From an uncultured Gemmatimonadales bacterium (lineage in GTDB: Bacteria; Gemmatimonadota; Gemmatimonadetes; Gemmatimonadales; GWC2-71-9): a DNA stretch of 64,000 nucleotides. Of this stretch, positions 40,640 through 52,182 are shown piece by piece. The notes beneath the pieces are model-generated. The model made no database searches. It was not told the DNA's origin and saw only the letters and a program-made list of their open reading frames with translations. The stretch covers positions 96,001 through 160,000 of the forward strand of contig CAWHFW010000002.1 of the NCBI GenBank assembly GCA_963828735.1, read 5' to 3'. How positions within the stretch are numbered: the first letter of the stretch is position 1; each line of letters starts with the position of its first letter. The translations under genes and the position numbers were made by a program.

Positions 40640-42071
40640 GCCACAACCCGGCCTGCCCGCCGTCCTTTCCAGTAGATGAGCCCGCCGAGCGCCACACAGA
40701 ACGCCGCGCCGCCCACGACCTTGAGCAGGAACAGGCCGGCCTCGTCATGCTCAGGCGGAATCATCGCCATTCCCATCGCGAACAACGTGAAGACGAACCC
40801 AGCCAGTCCGATCATGAGCGCCGCGGGCCGGCCGGCCAGGAAGGACGACCCTGCCGGCGCGCGCTCCTTCAGGCGCACGACCAGGAAGCAGACATAGAGG
40901 TAGAGGTAGGGGATGAAATAGACGAGCAGCATCGTATCCAGAATCACGAGATACGCGCGCTCCACCGTCGTCCCCTTCCCGAGGACGGAGAGGAGGAGGA
41001 ACACCGTCGCGAGCACGGCCTGGGTAAGGATGGCGACGTACGGCGTTTCCCACTTGGGATGGATCTTTCCGAAGGCCGGCGGGAAGTAGCGGTCGAGCCC
41101 GATCACGAACGCCACGCGCGCCGGGCCCGTAAGCCACGCGCCGACGCCTCCGACGTTACCCACCACGTACAGCGCCGCCATCGCCGCCGGGATCCAGGCG
41201 GCGCCGAAGCCGATGTCCTGCGCTCCGGCGTGCAGCGCCTGCAGGAACCCCGAGACGATGTTCACCTGGCCGGGCGGCACCAGCCACAGCACCGACGCCG
41301 TGCCCGCGATATAGATGAAGGCGATGAGCGGGCCGGAGACCAGGATCGATCGGGAAGCGTGCGCCCGGGATCCTTCACCTCGCCCCCCATCACCGCGCAC
41401 AGCTCGAGGCCGGCGAACGCGAATGCGATCGACGCCCACAGGTTGAGCTTGGTGCGGCTGGCGAGGTCGGGCAGCAGCGCGGCGGCGTCCATCGGCGTGG
41501 CCGACGGCCGGGTGAGCGCGGCATAGAGTCCGAGCCCCACGAGGACGATGCCCGGGATGTAGGTGCCCAGCGCGCCCACATTCTGCAGCCAGCGGCCGGT
41601 ACGAACGCCCACGATGTTGAGCAGGACCGCAAGCCAGAGCGCCACGAGCGTCGCGGGCAGGACGTAGAGCCAGCTCCCCTCGAGGGTCGTGCCACCGCGG
41701 CCGATCACGTACGTGCCCACCACCGCGGTGGACATGAGGAGATTCGGGTAGTACAGAATGTTGTTGACCCAGTAGCACCATCCGCACAGGAAACCATGAC
41801 CTTCGCCGAAGGAGCGCTTGGTCCAGGCGTAGATCCCTCCCTCGTCGGGATAGCGGGCCGCCAGATCGCTCACGGCGAGTCCCTGCGGCACGAAGAAGAA
41901 GATCGCCGCCAGCACCCACAGCGTGATCGAGCTCGGGCCGGCGGCCGCCGCCGTCGCGAACCATCGTAGGCTGACCACGGCGACGACGTTGAAGAGCACC
42001 ATGTCACGCAGGCCGAGCGCGCGCGGAAGCGTGGGATGATCGGTGGCGGGTGCGGCGGCCGTGGCGGTCAT
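40636..42071 (-). CDS. APC-family amino acid/polyamine permease (frameshift near 41352)
   Basis: EGGIYAW, FAFAGLE..GEVKDP, FGKIHPKWETP; ~12 TM. Confidence 0.88.
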
Positions 42072-42078
42072 GGAGGGG

Positions 42079-42843
42079 TCAGCCCTTGAGGTAGAGACGA
42101 TGCGGGTCGAGCACATCCCGCAGAAGGCGGAGCTCCCGCTCGGTGGGCGGGTCGACGGACGCGAGACTGGCCTGGGCGCGGAGGGACCACCCCACCCCGG
42201 CGCGCACGTCATCCGCCTGGACTCCCGGATACAGGGCCGTCAGCACCAGCTCGCCCGTCGTGGCGTCGGCCTCGAGAATGCCCTTGTCCGTCACGACCTT
42301 CACCGGGCCCGCGCCCGGCATGCCGAGCTCGCGGCGCGTGTGTCCGTGCGCACGGTGCCCGGGGCTGGTGATGAAGTCGACGGTTTCGGGAAAGGCGCGG
42401 GGACTCAGGCGGCTGATGACGACGGTGCGGCGGGCGTGAATGGCGATCTCCGCGGCCCCCCCGCTGCCGGGAAGTCGGACGTCCGGATGCCGATACGATC
42501 CCACGACGGTCGTGTTGATGTTGCCGTAGCGGTCGATTTGCGCCCCCCCGAGGAACCCCACCTCAATGCGCCCGTTCTGCAGCAGCGACTGGAAGACGTC
42601 GACCATGCCGCACACCATGAGCGAGCCCGTGACGAGGGACGGGTCACCGATGCTCACCGGCAACCGTTCGGGCGCCGCTCCGATCGCGCCGGACTCGTAG
42701 ATCAGCACGAGGTTCGGAGCATGGGTCGCGCGGGCGAGGTTGCAGGCGAGGTTCGGGAGGCCGATGCCGACGAAGACGACCTCGCTATCGCGCAGCTCGC
42801 GCGCCGCGACGGCGGCCATCAGCTCGGACGGCGTGTAACTCAT
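42079..42843 (-). CDS. CoA-transferase beta subunit (GctB/CatJ-like)
   Basis: FVGIGLP, LIYESG, GFLGGAQIDRYGNINTT, LPGSGGA. Confidence 0.9.
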   Translation of the reverse strand: MSYTPSELMAAVAARELRDSEVVFVGIGLPNLACNLARATHAPNLVLIYESGAIGAAPERLPVSIGDPSLVTGSLMVCGMVDVFQSLLQNGRIEVGFLGGAQIDRYGNINTTVVGSYRHPDVRLPGSGGAAEIAIHARRTVVISRLSPRAFPETVDFITSPGHRAHGHTRRELGMPGAGPVKVVTDKGILEADATTGELVLTALYPGVQADDVRAGVGWSLRAQASLASVDPPTERELRLLRDVLDPHRLYLKG

Positions 42844-42867
42844 GCGCGGGCGGCGGCGTGGAGGGCG

Positions 42868-43779
42868 TCAAAACCCATAGTTCACCCCTTCGCACACCCG
42901 CGCATCCGCCCGGAGGCGCTCCAGCCCACCGCACCGCGCGACGTATCCCGCGCGGTCCTCGACGCCGTAAACGAATTCGTCTAGATACTGTGCCAGCGCT
43001 GCCGGATCGCGCGAGATTTTCTCCCACGCGACATAGAACTCGTTGTCGCGATCATAGTAGCCCTGCGCGTACGACGGGTGCGCGCCCCACGGCTCGACGA
43101 CCACCGCGTCCACGGCCAGCCCCGGGATGAGCGTCCGATTGGGATCGGCCCGGATCACGCGCTCGTCTACCAGCTCCTCCACGACGACGATCACTCGCCG
43201 GGACGCGAAGGCGGCCTCCTTCTGCACGCCGAGCAGCCCCCAGATCTGGGTATTGCCCTGTGCGTCCGCGCGCTGGGCGTGCACGATGGTGACGTCCGGG
43301 TTGAGCGCCGGGACCGTCGCCAGGCGCTCGCCTGTGTACGGGCACTGGATCTGGGCGATCCTCGGATTGACGGCCGGGAGGTCCGTGCCCATGTAGTTCC
43401 GCATGGGCCAGAATGGGAGCCGGGCGGCCCCCGCGCTGAGGCGCCCCACCATCCCGAAATGCGAATACTCCTCGAGCTCGAGCAGCGGTCCACTCTTCGC
43501 TTCGACCGCGCGGCGGAAGGCATGCAGGGACCCCGCTCCGGGGTTTCCTGCCCAGGAAAAGACGAGCTTCCGGGCACAGCCGGCCGCGATCATCTGGTCG
43601 TAGATGAGGTCGGGCGTGAGGCGGCAGATGGTGAGGTCGCGCCGCCGCTGGCGAATGATCTCGTGCCCGGCGGCGAAGCAGATGAGATGGGTGAATCCCT
43701 CGATGACCACCGTGTCGCCGTCCCTGACCAGGGTGGCGACGGCCTCCCGCATGGTGGTGACCTTGGAATCGGCGCTCAA
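42868..43779 (-). CDS. CoA-transferase alpha subunit (GctA/CatI-like)
   Basis: EGFTHLI..AGHEIIRQ, FSWAGNPG.GSLH, HAQRADAQGN, HPSYAQGYYDRDN. Confidence 0.9.
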   Translation of the reverse strand: MSADSKVTTMREAVATLVRDGDTVVIEGFTHLICFAAGHEIIRQRRRDLTICRLTPDLIYDQMIAAGCARKLVFSWAGNPGAGSLHAFRRAVEAKSGPLLELEEYSHFGMVGRLSAGAARLPFWPMRNYMGTDLPAVNPRIAQIQCPYTGERLATVPALNPDVTIVHAQRADAQGNTQIWGLLGVQKEAAFASRRVIVVVEELVDERVIRADPNRTLIPGLAVDAVVVEPWGAHPSYAQGYYDRDNEFYVAWEKISRDPAALAQYLDEFVYGVEDRAGYVARCGGLERLRADARVCEGVNYGF

Positions 43780-45101
43780 GCGATCTCGCTCAGCCCGGCG
43801 TCGATCATGGCGAGCGCGGTGTCGATGTCGCCCGCCCCTACCACGAGCGGCGGCGCGAGCCGCAGTGTGCTCTTTCCGGCGCCGAGCAGCAGGAGCCCGC
43901 GCTGGAAGGCGCCTTGCACGAGGCGGTCGACGATGTCGGGTGCGGGCTCGCGGGTGGCTCGGTCCTTCACGAACTCGACGCCGACCATGAGCCCGACCCC
44001 GCGCACGTCGCCGATGCAGCGATGCTTCTCGGCCAGCCGGCGGACGCCTGCCTGCAGGCGCTCGCCCATGCTGATCGCGTTCGCCATGAGTCCACCTTCG
44101 ACCAGATCGAGCGTCGCGAGGGCGGCGGCACAGCAGACCGGGTTGCCGCCGAAGGTCGAGCCATGGGAGCCGCTCTCCCAGGTGCTGATCGATTCCTTCG
44201 CGATGATGGCGCCGATGGGCATCCCGGAGCCGAGGCCCTTCGCCGTGAGCAGGATGTCCGGCTCGACGCCCTCGTGATCGCAGGCCCACATCTTTCCGGT
44301 CCGGCCGACGCCCGACTGCACCTCGTCGGCCACCAGGAGGATGCCGTACTTGTCGCAGACGGCGCGCAGGTCCCGAAGCCAGCCGGCGGGCGGGACCACG
44401 TAGCCCCCTTCTCCCTGAATCGGCTCCACGAAGATGGCCGCGACGTCGTGCGGGTCGAGATGACGGGCGAACAAGTCCTGTTCCAGGACGTCGATGCACC
44501 CGCGCGTGCACGCAGGTTTGTCGGCACACCACTGGCAGCGGTACCGGTACGCGAACGGAATGTGGTGGACGTCCGGCAGCAGCGGGCCGAATCCCGCGTG
44601 CTGCCGCGCCTTGCTGCTGGTGAGACTCACCGCCCCGGTGGATCGTCCGTGAAACGCGCCGCGGAAGGCGATGATGGCGGTCCGGCGTGTCGCATAGCGG
44701 GCAAGCTTGATGGCACCCTCGGTGGCCTCGGTGCCCGAGTTCGTCAGGAACACCCGCTTCTTGCTCGGTCCCGGCGCGATCCTGGCGAGCCGCTCGCACA
44801 GCGCCGCCATCCCCTCGTAGTAGAAGTCGGACCCGCAGATGTGGAGGAACCGGTCGGCAGCATCCTTGACCGCGGCCACGACCTTGGGGTGACCGTACCC
44901 CGTAGAGCACACCGCGATCCCGGCCATGAAGTCCAGATAGCGGTTGCCGTCCACGTCTTCCACCATCACGCCCTGACCTCGGGCGACGACGAGCGGGTAT
45001 TCCTTGATGTAGCACGAGGCCGTCCATGCCTCGTCGCGCTCGACAATCGCGCGGGCCTTGGGGCCCGGTGGAGGCACGAGGATCTTCGGGTAGTCAGGCA
45101 C
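43776..45101 (-). CDS. Class III PLP aminotransferase (GabT/ornithine AT-like)
   Basis: DVDGNRYLDF, FHGRS, EPIQGEGG, DEVQSGVGRTG, AKGLGSG, STFGGNP. Confidence 0.9.
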   Translation of the reverse strand: MPDYPKILVPPPGPKARAIVERDEAWTASCYIKEYPLVVARGQGVMVEDVDGNRYLDFMAGIAVCSTGYGHPKVVAAVKDAADRFLHICGSDFYYEGMAALCERLARIAPGPSKKRVFLTNSGTEATEGAIKLARYATRRTAIIAFRGAFHGRSTGAVSLTSSKARQHAGFGPLLPDVHHIPFAYRYRCQWCADKPACTRGCIDVLEQDLFARHLDPHDVAAIFVEPIQGEGGYVVPPAGWLRDLRAVCDKYGILLVADEVQSGVGRTGKMWACDHEGVEPDILLTAKGLGSGMPIGAIIAKESISTWESGSHGSTFGGNPVCCAAALATLDLVEGGLMANAISMGERLQAGVRRLAEKHRCIGDVRGVGLMVGVEFVKDRATREPAPDIVDRLVQGAFQRGLLLLGAGKSTLRLAPPLVVGAGDIDTALAMIDAGLSEIA

Positions 45102-45113
45102 GGCTGGCTCCGT

Positions 45114-46694
45114 TCATGGATACGACTCCTGCTCGATCACCGTTCTGCTCTGCTCGCGGGTGAACTGCGCGACGTAGTACGGTCCGCATCCGCCCTTCCC
45201 GGTCGACCCGGAACCCTTCCAGCCGCAGAACGGCTGGGCCCCGGGCCATGCGCCCGTCGTGGCGCCCGTGCGCTTGTTCGCGTAGCACACGCCGGCCTCG
45301 ATCTCGTCAAAGAACCGGGCGACCTCGGCGGCGTCGCCGGAGAAGATACCGGCGGTCAGGCCGTATTCGACGCGGTTCGCCTGCTCCAGTGCCTCGTCGA
45401 GGCTCTCGACCTCGCCGACGGCCAGGAAGGGCACGAACAGCTCTTCCCGGAAGAGCGCGCTGTCGAGTGGCAGTCGCGCGACGGTGGGCGCCACGAAGTG
45501 CCCGCGCTCGAACACCCCGCCCGTGAGCCGTGTTCCGCCGTGCAGCACTTGGCCCTCCTTCCGCGCCTGAGCGACTGCGCGCTGGTATCGCTCCACCGAC
45601 CGTTCGTTGATCACGGGCCCGAAAAACACGTCGCGTTCCGAGGGATCGCCCATGCGCATCGCCCGGGTCCGCTCGAGGAGACGCTCCAGGAACGGCCCCG
45701 CCACGGCGCGCTGAACGTATACCCGGCTCGTCGCGCTGCACTTCTGATTCTGCAGGCTGAACGCCGAGCGCATCACCCCTTCGGCGGCGGCGTCGAGATC
45801 CGCCGATTCCATCACGATCGCGGCGTTCTTCCCGCCGAGCTCGAGGAGGCAGGGCTTCACGAAGCCCGCGCTCAATCCGGCGTGAATCCGGAGGCCCACG
45901 GCCTTGGAGCCGGTGAATACCACTCCATCGACCCCGGGGTGCTGCCACAGCGGGTCGCCGATGGCGTCGCGGTCGCCGACGAGCAGGTTGAACACGCCCG
46001 CCGGGAGACCCGCGTCGCGGTAGATCTCGTACAGACGGAGACCGGTGAGCGGTGTGTCCTCGGCCGGCTTGTAGACCACCGCGTTCCCCGCGGCGAGCGC
46101 GGCGGACGACATCCCGGCGGACAGGGCGAGCGGGAAGTTGAATGGGGCGATACAGGCGAACACGCCGTACGGGCGGAGCACGTCGGTGTTGCGCTCGATC
46201 GGCGTAATACGCTCCATCGGCCGTACGAAGCCGTCCGCGTCCTCGACCTGGCCGCAGTAGTACTCGATCAGATCGGCCGACTCCTCGGCATCTCCCATCG
46301 CCTCGAGCCGGCTCTTCCCGACCTCAAGGCACATGAGGGCCGCCAGGTCGTACTTCCGCTCGCGAATGAGCGCGGCCGCGCGCCGGAGGATCTCGAGGCG
46401 CTCGCGCCACGGCCGGCGAGCCCAGCCGAGCTGCGCCCCGCGCGCTGCCGCGACGGCACGATCGACGTCGGCCACGGTGGCGCGGGCGAAGCGGCCCAGG
46501 ACCATCGAGGTGTCGATCGGCGAACGGTCCACCAGCGGGTCGCCGCCGTGGTCCACCGCTTCGCCGCCGACGTAGAACGGATAGCGCGCGCCGGCCGCCG
46601 CGCGGACGGCCGTGAGCGCCGAGTCGAAGCGGCGGTGGAACTCGTCGAGGTCGCCCGACGCGGAGGTGTAGGTAATCTTCGCGGGGGCGGTCAC
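45114..46694 (-). CDS. Aldehyde dehydrogenase (P5C-dehydrogenase-like)
   Basis: PFNFP, FTGS, ELGGKN, QKCSATSR, EELFVP, YGLTAG, QPFCGWKGSGSTGK. Confidence 0.9.
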   Translation of the reverse strand: MTAPAKITYTSASGDLDEFHRRFDSALTAVRAAAGARYPFYVGGEAVDHGGDPLVDRSPIDTSMVLGRFARATVADVDRAVAAARGAQLGWARRPWRERLEILRRAAALIRERKYDLAALMCLEVGKSRLEAMGDAEESADLIEYYCGQVEDADGFVRPMERITPIERNTDVLRPYGVFACIAPFNFPLALSAGMSSAALAAGNAVVYKPAEDTPLTGLRLYEIYRDAGLPAGVFNLLVGDRDAIGDPLWQHPGVDGVVFTGSKAVGLRIHAGLSAGFVKPCLLELGGKNAAIVMESADLDAAAEGVMRSAFSLQNQKCSATSRVYVQRAVAGPFLERLLERTRAMRMGDPSERDVFFGPVINERSVERYQRAVAQARKEGQVLHGGTRLTGGVFERGHFVAPTVARLPLDSALFREELFVPFLAVGEVESLDEALEQANRVEYGLTAGIFSGDAAEVARFFDEIEAGVCYANKRTGATTGAWPGAQPFCGWKGSGSTGKGGCGPYYVAQFTREQSRTVIEQESYP

Positions 46695-48046
46695 ACGATG
46701 GCTCCGATCCGCTCGACCGTGGCGCGGAGCGCCTTGCCGAATCGCTGAACGATGAGGTCGATCTCCTCGTGGCTCACCACGAATGGCGGCGCCAGCATGG
46801 CGAGATCACCGTTGATGCCGTCGGCCTGACCGACATTGGGCCACACCACGAGTCCTGCATCGAGCGCGGCGTCGGTGAAGGACTCGGCGAATCGGGCCGA
46901 ACGCGGGAAAGGCGCTCGCGTCGCCGGATCGGCCACGAATTCCACCCCGGCCAGGAGTCCCCTGCCCCGCACGTCTCCGACGCACGGCAGCTCGCGCAGC
47001 GACTCGAGCCGTGCATGAAAGGCCGGAGCGATCGTGGCGCACCGCTCGACCAGGGCGTGCTGGCGGAGGTACCGGAGCGTGGCCACGCCCCCGGCGCACA
47101 GTGTCGCGTGATGCGAGAACGTCTGGGCATGCAGCAAGGCGCCCGAGCCGCCAGCCAGCACGTCGGCTATCCGTCGAGGGGCCACCACCGCGGACAGCGG
47201 CACGTAGCCGCCGCCGATCCCTTTTCCCAGCGTCATGATGTCCGGTACCACACCGTACGGCTCCAGGGCGGACCAGGTGCCGGTCCGTCCGGCGCCGGTC
47301 AGCACCTCGTCGGCCACCAGCAGGACCCGGTGCTGGTCGCAGGCCGCGCGAACGCGTCGCCAGAACTCCGGCGAAGGCACCGAGGCGCCACTCGAGGAGC
47401 CGCCGATCGGTTCCGCGATCACGGCGGCGACGGTCTCGACGCCCTCGCGCACGATGGCGGCCTCGACCGCTTCGCCGCTGCAGCTCGGGCAGAGCCGCGG
47501 TACGCCTCGACATTCGCAACGATACGCGTAGGGTGCGGGAACCCGCACGATCTCGACGAGCCAGTCGCTGAAATAAGTCTTGTAGTGCTCGCGGGCGGAC
47601 GCCGACAGCGCGAGCAGGGTGTTGCCGTGGTAGGCGGGTGTGAGGGCGATGATCTTGCGCCGGGACGACTCGCCGGACTCGACCCAGTATTGCCGGGCCA
47701 GCTTGAGCGCGGCTTCGACCGCCTCGGACCCGCTCGTGAGCGGATACACCAGCTCGAGATCCCCGGGCGAGCGCCGGGCGATCTCCGCCGCGAACTCCTC
47801 TACGGGATCGTTGGTGAACGCGGTGCCGTTCACATAGGCCACTCGCTCCGCCTGGCGAGCGATGGCGTCCGCGATCTCCCGCACGCCGTGCCCCACGTTC
47901 GCGACGAAGGCCCCGCCGACGGCGTCCAGGTAGCTCCGCCCCTCCGCATCATGCAGCCAGCACCCTTCCGCCCGGACGACGCGGGGATACCGCCGCGTCA
48001 GCTTCCGGTAGAACACGTGGGAACGGCTGAGGTCGTCGCTGGGCAT
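46691..48046 (-). CDS. Class III PLP aminotransferase (omega-amine type)
   Basis: SGSEAVEAALKLARQYW, YHGNT, DEVLTGAGRTG, GKGIGGGYVP. Confidence 0.88.
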   Translation of the reverse strand: MPSDDLSRSHVFYRKLTRRYPRVVRAEGCWLHDAEGRSYLDAVGGAFVANVGHGVREIADAIARQAERVAYVNGTAFTNDPVEEFAAEIARRSPGDLELVYPLTSGSEAVEAALKLARQYWVESGESSRRKIIALTPAYHGNTLLALSASAREHYKTYFSDWLVEIVRVPAPYAYRCECRGVPRLCPSCSGEAVEAAIVREGVETVAAVIAEPIGGSSSGASVPSPEFWRRVRAACDQHRVLLVADEVLTGAGRTGTWSALEPYGVVPDIMTLGKGIGGGYVPLSAVVAPRRIADVLAGGSGALLHAQTFSHHATLCAGGVATLRYLRQHALVERCATIAPAFHARLESLRELPCVGDVRGRGLLAGVEFVADPATRAPFPRSARFAESFTDAALDAGLVVWPNVGQADGINGDLAMLAPPFVVSHEEIDLIVQRFGKALRATVERIGAIV

Positions 48047-48237
48047 GGTGATCGGTATGGCCAACCGGAGGGGACCGTCGGCCGAGCGCGGAATGTGGCC
48101 GGGTCCCGAGACGGGCGCCAGGGGCGGAAGGGCCCGAGCCGCGGGAACTCAGGCGGTCTGGCCCGCATTCTGCAGGGTAAGAACCCGGCGCCTCCCCTCT
48201 AGGCGTAACCGGCAACCTCATCCGCTGGTGGCCGACC

Positions 48238-48696
48238 ATGCAATCACATCTCGTCGTCGACGCCCTACGGGATCAGCTCCTCCAGATCCTCGACTGGTAT
48301 CACCACGGCGTGCGCCGGTTCCAATGGGGCACCGTCATTCACCGGCGCAATGAGCGTGGCAAACTGCGGTTCGGCGCCATCACCCCGCAAGGCGAAAGCC
48401 TCCTGCTGAGCGAGCCTCTCCTGGAGGAGCTGGGAGCCGGGACCTGCTGGCTGGATGGCGCCGTCCGGGTGCGGCTCGAGAACCGCCGTATCTCCGATCC
48501 GCATCCGTGGCTGGACGCGCTGGCGCGCCCCAATCGGGCGCCGCTGGTCGAGGCGGTGGCCGTGTACTTCGATCCCGGTACGTCGCCCCAGGAGGCGATG
48601 ACGTTCCAGGCGATGGCCGGAGTGTTGACCCCGGCCAAGTGCCCGTCCGAGCTGTTTCTGCTGACCAAGGAGCGGCCCGCCGGCTGGCCCACCTAG
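48238..48696 (+). CDS. Hypothetical protein
   Basis: Protein-like composition, divergent from the operon, followed by a strong hairpin. Confidence 0.65.
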   Translation: MQSHLVVDALRDQLLQILDWYHHGVRRFQWGTVIHRRNERGKLRFGAITPQGESLLLSEPLLEELGAGTCWLDGAVRVRLENRRISDPHPWLDALARPNRAPLVEAVAVYFDPGTSPQEAMTFQAMAGVLTPAKCPSELFLLTKERPAGWPT

Positions 48697-48738
48697 ACGC
48701 ATGTGACCCGGCTGAGCCGGTCCAGATGGCCTGCACGA

Positions 48739-48772
48739 CGAAGGGGGCATGCTCTCGAGCATGCCCCCTTCG
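48739..48772. terminator. Hairpin terminator between convergent genes
   Basis: CGAAGGGGGCATGCTC-TC-GAGCATGCCCCCTTCG. Confidence 0.75.
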
Positions 48773-48808
48773 CTTCGTTCAGGCGAGTCGGCGGTTTACG
48801 CCGCCGAG

Positions 48809-50965
48809 TCATTTCAGGAACAGCAGCGTCCGGTAGTTCGGCAGCGGCCACAGATCCGCCGCGACCACCGCCTCGAGCGCGTCACCCGTTTCCCGCAATC
48901 GCTGCATCGCCGGCTTCAGCTCCCGCGCAATCTGCGCGGCGTGTCGTGCGGGGTCCGCCTCCTGGTGGCCGGCAAGCCGCTCCACCTCGGCGGTCCGGGC
49001 ACGGAACTGCGTGACGAGCTCGACCAGCTCGCGCAGGGCCTGCGTGCTGTCGCTGGCGTCCACGCCGGCCGCTTTGGTCGCGGCAACCGCGTCGGCCACC
49101 CGGCGCTGATGCTCCAGCGCGGCGGGCAGGAGCTGCGACTTCGCGATCAGGACCATCGTTTCCGCCTCGATACCGAGCTGCTTGACGAACTTCTCGATGG
49201 CGATGTGGATCCGCGAGTCGTACTCCGACCTGGTGAGCACACCGTACTTCCGGAACAGGTCCGAGTTCTTCTTGGCCCGCAGCACCTGGAACGCCGCCAC
49301 CGAGTCCTTGAGATTCGGCAGTCCGCGGCGATCGGCCTCGGCGTGCCACTCCTCGGAGTAGTTGTCCCCGTCGAAGATGACCCGCTTGTGCTCCTTGATG
49401 AGGCGCTTGAGCACGCTCAGCACGCCCTGCTGCAGGCGCGCGGGCGACGGCTTGGCGCCGACGGCCTTCTCGAGCTGCGTGGCCACGTAGTCGAGCGATT
49501 CGGCCACCATCGTGTTGAGCACGGTGTTGGGCCAGGCTATGCTTGCGCTCGAGCCCACCGCCCGGAACTCGAACTTGTTCCCCGTGAAGGCGAACGGCGA
49601 GGTCCGGTTCCGGTCGCCCGAGTGCCGCGGGAGCTGGGGGAGCGTCCTCGCGCCGAGGTCGAGGGTGCCGCCACGGATGGTCCGCTTGGGCAATCCCTTC
49701 TCCACCTGCTCCAGGATGTCGCCCAGCATCTTGCCGAGGAAGATCGAGATGATGGCCGGCGGCGCTTCGTTGGCGCCCAGGCGGTGGTCGTTCGCCGCCG
49801 AGGCAATCGACGCCCGCAGGAGGTCGGCGTGGAGGTCCACGGCCCGGATCGTCGCCACGAGGAACACCAGGAACTGCATGTTGGTGTGCGTGTCGTCCCG
49901 CGGATCGAGCAGGTTGACGCCGGTGTCCGTGCTCATGGACCAGTTGTTGTGCTTCCCGGATCCGTTGACGCCGGCGAACGGCTTCTCGTGGAGCAGCGCC
50001 TGGAGCCCGTACCGCGGGGCCACCCGCTTCAGGGTCTCCATGATGAGCATCTGGTGGTCGCTCGCGATGTGGCTCGGCTCGAACAGGGGCGCGATCTCGT
50101 ACTGGCCGGGCGCGACCTCGTTGTGCCGGGTCTTCACCGGGACGCCAAGCCGATAGAGCTCGCGCTCCGATTCGGACATGAACGCGAGAACACGCGGCGG
50201 GATCGTCCCGAAATAGTGATCCTCGAGCTGCTGACCCTTGGGTGGCTTGGCGCCGAACAGGGTGCGCTCGGATGTGATCAGGTCGGGCCGCTTGTAGTAC
50301 AGGTCGCGGTCGATCAGGAAGTACTCCTGCTCGGGGCCGACCGTGGTGTAGACCCGGTTCACACCCGCGTCGGTGCCGAAGATCCGGAGCACGCGCAGCG
50401 CCTGGTGCGAGAGCGCCTCGACGGATCGAAGCAGCGGGATCTTGGTGTCGAGCGCCTCGCCGGTCCAGGACACGAAGGCCGTCGGAATGCAGAGGGTGAC
50501 ATTATTGTCGCCCCGCATGAGGAACGCCGGACTGGTGGCGTCCCAGGCGGTGTAGCCGCGGGCCTCGAAGGTGGCGCGGATGCCGCCCGACGGAAAGCTC
50601 GATGCATCCGGCTCGCCCTGCACCAAGTCGCTTCCCGAGAAGTTGAACACCACCCCGCCGTTCCCGTCCGGCGCGGCGAGCGAGTCGTGCTTCTCGGCGG
50701 TCAGGCCGGTGAGGGGCTGGAACCAGTGGGTATAGTGGGTGGCGCCGTTCTCGATCGCCCAATCCTTCATCGTGGCCGCGACGACGTCGGCCACGGCCGG
50801 GTCGAGCGGTTCGCCGTGGTCGATGGTGCGGAGGAGGCTCCGATAGACCTCCTTCGGGAGACGCTTCTGCATGATGCTGCGCGAGAAGATGTCGCTGCCG
50901 AAGATCGAGTCGATCCGGTCGGCCGGCGTCGGCGCGCCGTCGAGCGTGCGTGCGGGTGTGGTCAC
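48809..50965 (-). CDS. glnA: Glutamine synthetase type III
   Basis: [82 protein letters not shown]. Confidence 0.95.
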   Translation of the reverse strand: MTTPARTLDGAPTPADRIDSIFGSDIFSRSIMQKRLPKEVYRSLLRTIDHGEPLDPAVADVVAATMKDWAIENGATHYTHWFQPLTGLTAEKHDSLAAPDGNGGVVFNFSGSDLVQGEPDASSFPSGGIRATFEARGYTAWDATSPAFLMRGDNNVTLCIPTAFVSWTGEALDTKIPLLRSVEALSHQALRVLRIFGTDAGVNRVYTTVGPEQEYFLIDRDLYYKRPDLITSERTLFGAKPPKGQQLEDHYFGTIPPRVLAFMSESERELYRLGVPVKTRHNEVAPGQYEIAPLFEPSHIASDHQMLIMETLKRVAPRYGLQALLHEKPFAGVNGSGKHNNWSMSTDTGVNLLDPRDDTHTNMQFLVFLVATIRAVDLHADLLRASIASAANDHRLGANEAPPAIISIFLGKMLGDILEQVEKGLPKRTIRGGTLDLGARTLPQLPRHSGDRNRTSPFAFTGNKFEFRAVGSSASIAWPNTVLNTMVAESLDYVATQLEKAVGAKPSPARLQQGVLSVLKRLIKEHKRVIFDGDNYSEEWHAEADRRGLPNLKDSVAAFQVLRAKKNSDLFRKYGVLTRSEYDSRIHIAIEKFVKQLGIEAETMVLIAKSQLLPAALEHQRRVADAVAATKAAGVDASDSTQALRELVELVTQFRARTAEVERLAGHQEADPARHAAQIARELKPAMQRLRETGDALEAVVAADLWPLPNYRTLLFLK

Positions 50966-51125
50966 GAGCGGGTGGACCTCGGGGCGAAGGGTGGACGGGA
51001 AAGGAGACAAGATAATCGAGCAGGCGGAAAACAGTCACGGCGGAGACTGCCGTCTCCGCCGCGTCCGCTGGCTCGACCCGAACCACGCGGGCTCTAGGCG
51101 ACCCATCCCTCCAGGCCATCCCGCG

Positions 51126-52121
51126 TCACGCGACCGCCGCCGGCTCGGTCAGCGCATCATCGACGTCGGAAAAATCGGGCTCGGCCAGCTCGACGTAGAC
51201 CGGATTCGACAAGTACCGCTCCCCGAAATCGCACACGACCGACACGATGAGCTTGCCGGCGCTCTCCGGTCGGGCCGCGATCTGGAGAGCGGCCCACGTG
51301 ATCGACCCGCTCGAAATGCCCGCGAAGATCGCCTCCTCCCGCACCAGGCGCCGCGCCGTCGCGATCGCGTCCTCGTTGCTCACGCGCACGACCTCGTCGT
51401 AGATCTTGGTGTCGAGCAGGCTCGGAATGAACCCCGCCCCGATCCCCTGCTGTCGGTGGGGCGAGGGCTGGCCGCCCGAGAGCACCGGGCTCTCGGCCGG
51501 CTCGACGGCGACGATATGGATGCCGGGCTTCCGCTCACGCAGGTAGCGCCCGGCCCCGGTGATCGTTCCGCCCGTGCCGACGCCCGAGACGAACACGTCC
51601 ACCTTGCCTTCCGTGTCGTCCCAGATCTCCGGGCCGGTCGCGCGATAGTGAATGGCCGGATTGGCCGGATTGTCGAACTGGCGCGGCATCCAGGCGCGAT
51701 CACCCAGACGAGCCAGGATGCCCTCGGCTCGCGCGATCGCTCCCTTCATGCCCTTGGGCCCCTCGGTGAGGACGACCTTGCACCCCAGCGCCCGCAGCAG
51801 GTTCCGCCGCTCGAGCGTCATGGTCTCCGGCATCGTGAAGATGCAGCGATAGCCCCGCGCGGCGGCGACGTAGGCGAGGCCGATGCCGGTGTTCCCCGAC
51901 GTGGGCTCGACGATGAACATGCCCGGGCGCAGCCGGCCCTTCTCGACCGCGTCGTTGATCATCGCGGCGCCGATCCGATCCTTCACTGACTCGTACGGGT
52001 TGTAGCCCTCGTGCTTGACGACGATCCGGCCCGGCAGGCCCTGGCCGAGCCGGTTGAGGCGGATGAGCGGGGTGTTGCCGACGGTCTCCGTGACGTCCTG
52101 ATAAATCCTTCCGTGGGGCAT
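51126..52121 (-). CDS. cysK: Cysteine synthase A
   Basis: [47 protein letters not shown]. Confidence 0.93.
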   Translation of the reverse strand: MPHGRIYQDVTETVGNTPLIRLNRLGQGLPGRIVVKHEGYNPYESVKDRIGAAMINDAVEKGRLRPGMFIVEPTSGNTGIGLAYVAAARGYRCIFTMPETMTLERRNLLRALGCKVVLTEGPKGMKGAIARAEGILARLGDRAWMPRQFDNPANPAIHYRATGPEIWDDTEGKVDVFVSGVGTGGTITGAGRYLRERKPGIHIVAVEPAESPVLSGGQPSPHRQQGIGAGFIPSLLDTKIYDEVVRVSNEDAIATARRLVREEAIFAGISSGSITWAALQIAARPESAGKLIVSVVCDFGERYLSNPVYVELAEPDFSDVDDALTEPAAVA

Positions 52122-52182
52122 AGCGACCTCGTGGAACGGCGGGACACGCGCGGTGGCCGATGGCCCAAGATATAGTGCCCGC

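Noticed and set aside
43914..46748. 944-aa plus-strand ORF, and similar long ORFs at 18590-20962, 18633-21623, 48749-51097 and 57613-60228
   Set aside because: Antisense or alternate-frame shadows of well-supported genes in high-GC DNA; low-complexity, no motifs
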